DNA from: Halobacteriales archaeon
Lineage (GTDB): Archaea; Halobacteriota; Halobacteria; Halobacteriales; Hikarchaeaceae
Assembly: GCA_034521615.1 (NCBI GenBank)
Contig: JAXHME010000017.1
Coordinates: 6,728 to 70,727 of the forward strand
Direction: 5' to 3'
DNA length: 64,000 nt
Shown here: positions 58,494-64,000 of the stretch, piece after piece
Numbering within the stretch: position 1 is the stretch's first letter
Layout of the letters: every line of letters starts with the position of its first letter
Notes under the pieces: generated by a model
Told to the model about the DNA's origin: nothing
Database searches by the model: none
Seen by the model: only the letters and a program-made list of their open reading frames with translations
Position numbers and translations under genes: made by a program

Positions 58494-58895
58494 TCAGCCG
58501 TCGACGACGGCGAAGCCCTCGAGCTCGACGAGCGCCTCGGGCTTGAAGAAGCCGGACACCTCGAACAGCGCCATCGCCGGGTAGGTGTCGATATACTCGC
58601 CGAACACCTCGCCGATCGGCTCGAGGTTCGCCCGGTAGGCGTCGGCGTCGGCGACGAACACGTTGAGCTTCACGATGTCGGCGGGCTCGCCGCCGGCCTC
58701 CTCGACGACCGCCGCGAGGTTCGCCATCACCTGCTCGAACTGGCCGACCAGGTCGCCCGGCGCGACGATCTCGCCGTCCGGGCCCGAGGCGTCCTGGCCG
58801 GCGAGGAACAGCAGCTCCCCGCCCTCGACCGCGATGCCGTGGTTGAACCCCCGGGGCTCGGCGAGCCCGTCGGGGGTGACGACGCGCTTTCGCAT
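58494..58895 (-). CDS. RidA/YjgF/UK114-family protein
   Basis: 133 aa. MRKRVVTPDGLAEPRGFNHGIAVEGGELLFLAGQDASGPDGEIVAPGDLVGQFEQVMANLAAVVEEAGG...VELEGFAVV. Confidence 0.88.
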   Translation of the reverse strand: MRKRVVTPDGLAEPRGFNHGIAVEGGELLFLAGQDASGPDGEIVAPGDLVGQFEQVMANLAAVVEEAGGEPADIVKLNVFVADADAYRANLEPIGEVFGEYIDTYPAMALFEVSGFFKPEALVELEGFAVVDG

Positions 58896-59912
58896 CTAGA
58901 ACTCCACGACCGACTTGACGCCCTCCTCGATGCGGGGCGGGTTGGGGAGATACACGTCCTCCCGGGCGAGCATCGGGATCGGCACGTCGAAGCCGGTGAC
59001 CCGCTCGATCGGCGCCTCGAGGTAGACGATGGCCCGCTCCTGGACGCTCGCGATGACCTCCGCCGCGAAGCCCCCCGACCGCGGCGCCTCGTGGACGATG
59101 CAGGCCCGACCGGTCTTCTTGATCGACTCGACGACCGTCTCGCGGTCCAGCGGCGAGATGCTCCGGAGGTCGACGACCTCCGCATCGATGCCCGCCTCGG
59201 CGAGGTTCTCGGCCGCCTCGAGCGTCGGCGACATCATCGCGCCCCAGGAGACGACGGTGACGTCCGTGCCCTCCCGGCGGACCGCCGCCTCGCCGATGGG
59301 CACGGTGTAGTCGCCCTCGGGCACCGCGCCCCGGGTCGACCGGTAGAGCAGCTTCGGCTCGAGCACCAGCACCGGGTCCGGGTCGCGGATGGCGGCGATG
59401 AGCAGCCCCTTCGTGTCGTGGGGCGTGCTCGGCACGACGACCTGGAGCCCCGGGATGTGGGCGTAGGCGGCCTCGAGGCTCTCGGAGTGGTGCTCCAGCG
59501 CGCGCACGCCGCCGCCGTACGGCGCCCGGATCACCATCGGCGCGGTCTGCTCGCCGCGGGTGCGCCAGCGGATGCGGCTCGCGTTCTGGACGAGCTGGTT
59601 GAACGCCGGCGGGATGAACCCCGAGAACTGGATCTCGGCCACCGGCCGATAGCCCCGCATCGCGAGGCCGATCGCCGTGCCGGCGATGGCGATCTCGGTG
59701 ATCGGCGTGTCGAGCACGCGCTCCTCGCCGAAGCGCTCCTGGAGCCCCTCGGTGGCCCGGAACACCCCGCCCTGCTCGGCGACGTCCTCGCCGTAGGTCA
59801 TGACGCGGTCGTCGAGCGCCATCTCGACGTGCAGCGCGTCGTTGACCGCCTCGACGAGGGTGAGGTTCTGGGTCGCGCCGTCGGCGTCGTCGGGGAGCGA
59901 GAGCTCGCTCAT
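58896..59912 (-). CDS. 2-oxoacid dehydrogenase E1 component, beta subunit
   Basis: Internal ATG 59910-59912 of track ORF 58896..61016, 338 aa. ...LTLVEAVNDALHVEMALDDRVMTYGEDVAEQGGVFRATEGLQERFGEERVLDTPITE... Confidence 0.93.
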   Translation of the reverse strand: MSELSLPDDADGATQNLTLVEAVNDALHVEMALDDRVMTYGEDVAEQGGVFRATEGLQERFGEERVLDTPITEIAIAGTAIGLAMRGYRPVAEIQFSGFIPPAFNQLVQNASRIRWRTRGEQTAPMVIRAPYGGGVRALEHHSESLEAAYAHIPGLQVVVPSTPHDTKGLLIAAIRDPDPVLVLEPKLLYRSTRGAVPEGDYTVPIGEAAVRREGTDVTVVSWGAMMSPTLEAAENLAEAGIDAEVVDLRSISPLDRETVVESIKKTGRACIVHEAPRSGGFAAEVIASVQERAIVYLEAPIERVTGFDVPIPMLAREDVYLPNPPRIEEGVKSVVEF

Positions 59913-61084
59913 CCCTTCGGCCGCTCCTCGACGTGGTCCCAGAAGTCCGGGCGCTCCTCGAGGAGGGCCTCGAACTCCTCGAGCTGGCGCTCGAGCTCCG
60001 GCGGGAGCTCGTCGTAGAGGTGGGTGAACAGCTCGTCGACGTCGCCGGTCGCGTAGGCGTCCGCGGCCTCCTTGGCCTCGTCGAACCGCTCGTCGGCGGC
60101 CGCCCGGAGGCCCTCCTCGTCGATCTCCTCGAAGACGCCCTCGGCCTTGAGGTACTCCCGGAACCGGCTGACCGGCTCGCGGCCCTCCCAGTACTCGACC
60201 TCCTCGTCGGTCCGGTAGCGCGAGGGGTCGTCGTTCGTCGTGTGGGCGTCGAGCCGGTAGGTGACCGACTCGACGATGGTCGGCGTCCCGGCGAGGGCCC
60301 GCTCGCGGGCCCGACGGGTCGCGTCGTAGACCGCGAGGACGTCGTTGCCGTCGACCCGGATGCCGTCGAAGCCCCACGCCAGCGCCTTCTGGGCGACCGA
60401 GTTCGCGGCGGTCTGGCCGCTGAAGGGCATCGAGATGGAGTAGCCGTTGTTCTGGCAGTGGAACACCGCCGGGGCGTCGATCACGCCGCCGAAGTTCATG
60501 CCCGCCTGGACCTCGCCGGTCGAGGGGTGGCCGTCGCCGAACATGAGGCCCACGACGCTGTCGGCGTCGTCGCGCTGCATCCCCCAGGCGTAGCCGACGC
60601 CGACGGGGACGTGGGTCCCGATCGCGATGGCGATGGGGAAGATGTTCGCCTCGGGGAACCGGTTCGCGTCCATCACGCCGCGCCAGTAGAGCAGGAGGTC
60701 GCGCAGCGACATCCCCTTGATGAGCATCGCGGCCGCCTCGCGGCCGTAGGGGAAGAGCCAGTCGTCGGCCTCGAGGGCGGCGCCGAAGCCGACGATGCTG
60801 CCCTCCTGGCCCCGGCCGGAGGCGTAGGTGCCCATCTCGCCGCGTCGCTGTAGCTTGACCATCCGCTGGTCGACGACCTGCTGGGTGACCATCCACCCGT
60901 AGAGCTCGCGGTAGGTCTCGACGTCGAGATCGGGCGCCGCCTCGGGGTCGGAGGACCCGTCGGGGCCGACGATGCGATAGCGCGGGGGCGCGTCGTCCGG
61001 CTGGCTGAACGTACACTCGTCCACCGAGCCCGAGGGGTCGCCGACCGCCGCCTCGTCGAGGGGCTGCATGCGGCCGCGACTCAT
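59909..61084 (-). CDS. 2-oxoacid dehydrogenase E1 component, alpha subunit (TPP-binding)
   Basis: 391 aa. TPP motif GDGHPSTGEVQAGMNFGGVIDAPAVFHCQNNGYSIS. ATGA overlap with the beta subunit. Confidence 0.92.
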   Translation of the reverse strand: MSRGRMQPLDEAAVGDPSGSVDECTFSQPDDAPPRYRIVGPDGSSDPEAAPDLDVETYRELYGWMVTQQVVDQRMVKLQRRGEMGTYASGRGQEGSIVGFGAALEADDWLFPYGREAAAMLIKGMSLRDLLLYWRGVMDANRFPEANIFPIAIAIGTHVPVGVGYAWGMQRDDADSVVGLMFGDGHPSTGEVQAGMNFGGVIDAPAVFHCQNNGYSISMPFSGQTAANSVAQKALAWGFDGIRVDGNDVLAVYDATRRARERALAGTPTIVESVTYRLDAHTTNDDPSRYRTDEEVEYWEGREPVSRFREYLKAEGVFEEIDEEGLRAAADERFDEAKEAADAYATGDVDELFTHLYDELPPELERQLEEFEALLEERPDFWDHVEERPKG

Positions 61085-61202
61085 GACATCACCATGCCAG
61101 CGGGCTAGCCCCGTCCGGTCTAATAGCTTCCCCAGCCGGGGGTTGGTTCCGGCTTGCGGGTGACCGAGGATTTAGGTTACCCCACGCCCCAGCAGGTGAC
61201 AC

Positions 61203-62438
61203 GTGTCCACCCCGCTCTCGCCCCCGGATTCCACCGCGATCAGCGGCCTCGCCGAGCGCCTCCGAAACGGGGGGCTCACGGCCGGGCAGTGGCGCGCCGT
61301 GCTCGGCGTCGTCGGCCTCTGGCTGATCATCGATCTCGTCGGGTCGCTCGCGACCGGCCGGCTCTCGGCCTCGCAGTTCGTCACCTTCGTCTGGGACGGG
61401 CTCACCATCGGCCTCGTCCTCGGCCTGGCGGGCATCGGGCTGACCCTCACCTACAGCATCCTCCAGTTCGCCAACTTCTCGCACGGCGACGTCGTCACGG
61501 CCGGGGCGTTCTCCGGCTGGTCGGTGACCTACCTTGTCGCCGGGTTCGGGGCCTTCAGTTTCGAACAGCTCGCGCTCCTGGGGCCGACCGGGCAGCTCTA
61601 CGCCAGCGACATCGGGATCAGGTTCCTCTCCGACCCGGTTGCCGTGTTCGCTGGCCTGGTCGCCGCCGCCGGCCTGACCGCCGGCATGTCCCTCGGCTTC
61701 GACCGCTACGTCTACCGCCCCCTGCGGAACGTCGGCGGGCTGATGCTGCTGATCGCCAGCGTCGGTGTCGCCTTCATCATCCGGTACACCATCGTCGTGG
61801 TCTACACCCCGACGACCCGGGCGGTAGCGGTCACGCCGGCCCCCGTGTTCAGCATCGGCGTGAGCGACGGCACGCTCGCCGTCGCCGCGAGCAAGGAAGC
61901 GTTCGCCGCCGGTCAGTGGGCCCTCACGCTCCCGCTCGGGCTCGCCACCGGGACGGAGCGGCTGTTGAACGTCAGCACCCACGAGGTGGTGTTGGTCGTG
62001 GCCGCGGCGGCCCTCATGTTCGGGGTCCACCTCCTGCTCCAGCGGACGAAGCTCGGGAAGGCCATGCGCGCGATGGCCGACGACGTCGAGCTCGCCCGCG
62101 CTCGGGGGATTCCCACCGAACGGGTCGTGCGGTGGACCTGGATCATCGGGAGCGCCACCACCGGGATCGCCGGGTACCTCATCGTCCTCGAACGCGGCAC
62201 CATCGGGTTCCTGTTCGGCTGGCAGCTCCTGCTGTTGATCTTCGCGGCCGTCATCCTCGGCGGCATCGGGTCGGTGTACGGCGCGATCCTCGGCGGGCTC
62301 GTCATCGGGCTCACGAGCACGGTCTCGCTCGTCTGGTTGCCGGAAGCGACGTTCACCCGGCCCGTGGCGTTCTTCATCATGATCGTGGTCCTGCTCGTTC
62401 GACCGAAGGGCCTGTTCGGGGGGCGGGACGTCGGATGA
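61203..62438 (+). CDS. Liv-type ABC transporter permease (LivH-like, enlarged)
   Basis: 411 aa, GTG start. ...GLTIGLVLGLAGIGLTLTYSILQFANFSHGD..., ...AMRAMADDVELARARGIP..., ...LVRPKGLFGG. Confidence 0.88.
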   Translation: MSTPLSPPDSTAISGLAERLRNGGLTAGQWRAVLGVVGLWLIIDLVGSLATGRLSASQFVTFVWDGLTIGLVLGLAGIGLTLTYSILQFANFSHGDVVTAGAFSGWSVTYLVAGFGAFSFEQLALLGPTGQLYASDIGIRFLSDPVAVFAGLVAAAGLTAGMSLGFDRYVYRPLRNVGGLMLLIASVGVAFIIRYTIVVVYTPTTRAVAVTPAPVFSIGVSDGTLAVAASKEAFAAGQWALTLPLGLATGTERLLNVSTHEVVLVVAAAALMFGVHLLLQRTKLGKAMRAMADDVELARARGIPTERVVRWTWIIGSATTGIAGYLIVLERGTIGFLFGWQLLLLIFAAVILGGIGSVYGAILGGLVIGLTSTVSLVWLPEATFTRPVAFFIMIVVLLVRPKGLFGGRDVG

Positions 62439-63802
62439 GCGGTTCCGATCGAGCGCGCCGGTCGTGGAACCGCCTCGTCGAGCGCCTCGTCCGACGTGAC
62501 GTCTACCTCATCGTCGTGACGATGCTGGTCATCTACGCCATCTACATCGGTCTGGGGGCGGTGCTCGGGTTCAACGTCAACGGCCAGGTGAACGCCCTCC
62601 GTCGACTCACCTTCCTCATCGCGGCGTACGCCATGGCGGGACTCGCGCTCAACCTCCATTGGGGCTACACGGGGCTGTTCAACGTCGGCGTCGTCGGGTT
62701 CATGGCGGTCGCCATCTACGTGATGGGCATCGCGACGGCGCCGGTCGATCCAGCGTCGACGATAGTCACTCCCGGGCTGGGGCTCCCCGTCGTGGTCGGT
62801 ATCGCGCTCGGGGTCCTCGCCGCCGCCATCGCGGGGTTAGTCGTCGCGTTCCCGGCGCTCAGACTTCGGTCGGACTATCTCGCGATCACGACGCTCGGGT
62901 TCGCGGAGATCGTCAGGATCAGCCTCACCTCGAACACGCTCAAGTCGTTCACCCTGTTCGGCGTCGAGATGGGGACGGCCGGCAACCAAGGCCTCAACCT
63001 CGTTGGCGATCCCTCGAAGGCCGTCAGCACGCTCTTCGAAACGGGGTATGGGATCGGGGTGCTCCAGCGTGCCGCCGACGCGATCGTCGCGACGCTCGGT
63101 GCCATCGGGGTCCAGCCCCGCGTCGTCACCGAGCTGGCGTACGTCGTCCTGCTGGTCGGCATCGTCTGGGCGTTCTACTGGACGTTCATGCAGCTCGGTC
63201 GGTCACCGTTCGGTCGCGTCCTGAAGGCGGTCCGGGACGACGAAGACGTCGCGAACTCGCTCGGGAAGAACGTCCAGCTGGTGAAGATCAAGTCGTTCGT
63301 CATCGGCGCCGCCTTCCTCGGCCTCGCGGGCATCTTCTGGCACGGGAGCCGAGGCTTGGCGACCCCCGGGACGTTCAAGACCGAGGTCACCGTCTTCGTG
63401 TGGATCGTCGTCATCATCGGCGGCGCGGGGTCGAACACCGGCAGCGTGCTCGGGTCAGCGCTCTTCGTGGCGTTCCTCCTCCAGGGCCCCCGATACGTCC
63501 GGACCGTGCTCAACGAAACCATGACACTGCCGAACGCCCCGCTCACGATTGTCCGGGCCGGCGAGGCACTGACCACCGGCCAGCCGATCGTCTTCCTCTC
63601 CTTCGTGCTCGACCGTCTCAACTCCCTGCAGTTCCTCATCCTCGGGATCGTCCTCATCTACGTCGTCCAGAAGCGACCGCTCGGGCTGTTGGGCCATCGG
63701 AAGGAGATCGCCGCGACGATCAGCCTCGAACGGCCCGGCTCGGCCAGGACGGACGATCGTGAAACGGCCGGACAATCGGCGCCGAGGGGTGCGGACGAAT
63801 GA
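62435..63802 (+). CDS. Liv-type ABC transporter permease (LivM-like)
   Basis: Internal ATG 62435 (ATGA overlap) in track ORF 61154..63802. ...ALNLHWGYTGLFNVGVVGFMAVAIY..., ...LKAVRDDEDVANSLGKNV..., ...VVIIGGAGSNTGSVLGS... Confidence 0.88.
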   Translation: MSGSDRARRSWNRLVERLVRRDVYLIVVTMLVIYAIYIGLGAVLGFNVNGQVNALRRLTFLIAAYAMAGLALNLHWGYTGLFNVGVVGFMAVAIYVMGIATAPVDPASTIVTPGLGLPVVVGIALGVLAAAIAGLVVAFPALRLRSDYLAITTLGFAEIVRISLTSNTLKSFTLFGVEMGTAGNQGLNLVGDPSKAVSTLFETGYGIGVLQRAADAIVATLGAIGVQPRVVTELAYVVLLVGIVWAFYWTFMQLGRSPFGRVLKAVRDDEDVANSLGKNVQLVKIKSFVIGAAFLGLAGIFWHGSRGLATPGTFKTEVTVFVWIVVIIGGAGSNTGSVLGSALFVAFLLQGPRYVRTVLNETMTLPNAPLTIVRAGEALTTGQPIVFLSFVLDRLNSLQFLILGIVLIYVVQKRPLGLLGHRKEIAATISLERPGSARTDDRETAGQSAPRGADE

Positions 63803-64000
63803 ACGCTTCCGCGTCCGGGACGACAGCGTCGGTCGAGGCCGACACGGAGACCGACGCGAACGAATCCGGGGCCGAACCGCTCCTCGTCGTCGACGGCCTC
63901 CGGAAGACCTTCGGTGGCATCGTCGCCATTGACGGCGCCTCATTCGAGGTCGAAGCTGAGACCATCACCGGCCTCGTCGGGCCGAACGGCGCCGGGAAAT
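63799..64000 (+). CDS. Liv-type ABC transporter ATP-binding protein, N-terminal part (continues past window edge)
   Basis: ATG 63799 overlapping the upstream stop. Own translation MNASASGTTASVEADTETDANESGAEPLLVVDGLRKTFGGIVAIDGASFEVEAETITGLVGPNGAGK. Confidence 0.85.
   Translation, partial: MNASASGTTASVEADTETDANESGAEPLLVVDGLRKTFGGIVAIDGASFEVEAETITGLVGPNGAGK

Noticed and set aside
58896-61084. Absence of E2/E3 next to E1 alpha/beta taken as evidence of a defective complex.
   Set aside because: E2/E3 could be encoded elsewhere, and E1-only operons are known in haloarchaea. The absence is noted within the operon finding but is not treated as a defect.

Overview
Very GC-rich chromosomal segment that looks haloarchaeal (class Halobacteria): acidic proteins, an archaeal/eukaryal-type ribosomal protein set, Tat/lipobox (LAGC) solute-binding proteins, and TATA-like AT patches about 25-35 nt upstream of many start codons. 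GC content was judged by eye, not computed.

Layout:
- 1-1.7 kb: a truncated membrane protein and a PiT-type phosphate permease.
- 1.8-15.9 kb: the complete archaeal S10/spc-type ribosomal cluster on the minus strand (SPOUT ORF, L3 through L15, then SecY, with RNase P subunit Rpp29 embedded).
- 16-26 kb: tRNA-Gly plus housekeeping genes (OsmC, hydrolases, an mch homologue, GTPBP1-like GTPase, J-domain protein, pyrF, S8e, 2-hydroxyacid dehydrogenase).
- 26.3-32.9 kb: a phosphate module (AbrB-PhoU regulator, divergent pstSCAB-phoU).
- 32.9-34.4 kb: a small, compositionally odd islet (mini signal peptidase plus small ORFs).
- 34.6-43.4 kb: cdc48, a LarC-DUF952 fusion, RidA, radB, a CBS-HPF fusion, an orphan SPPY DNA methyltransferase and tRNA-Val.
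- 43.5-64 kb: an accessory catabolic/transport region. It holds a meta-cleavage aromatic module, an MFS transporter, an FAD oxidase, two Liv-type ABC systems, and an operon of 2-oxoacid dehydrogenase E1 alpha/beta, RidA, acyl-CoA dehydrogenase and a two-domain flavoprotein hydroxylase/reductase.

No CRISPR array, IS element, integrase or rRNA was seen.

The most pervasive unexplained signal is at least 10 reading-frame breaks in otherwise well-conserved genes. Most of them (8 of the 10 firm breaks) can be repaired by adding or removing one nucleotide in a short G/C homopolymer. None fall in the ribosomal cluster or in the last ~15 kb. This points to homopolymer-length sequencing error or genuine pseudogenisation, and I cannot tell which from the sequence alone.

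All functional calls rest on my recognition of motifs in the translated ORFs. No database search was run.
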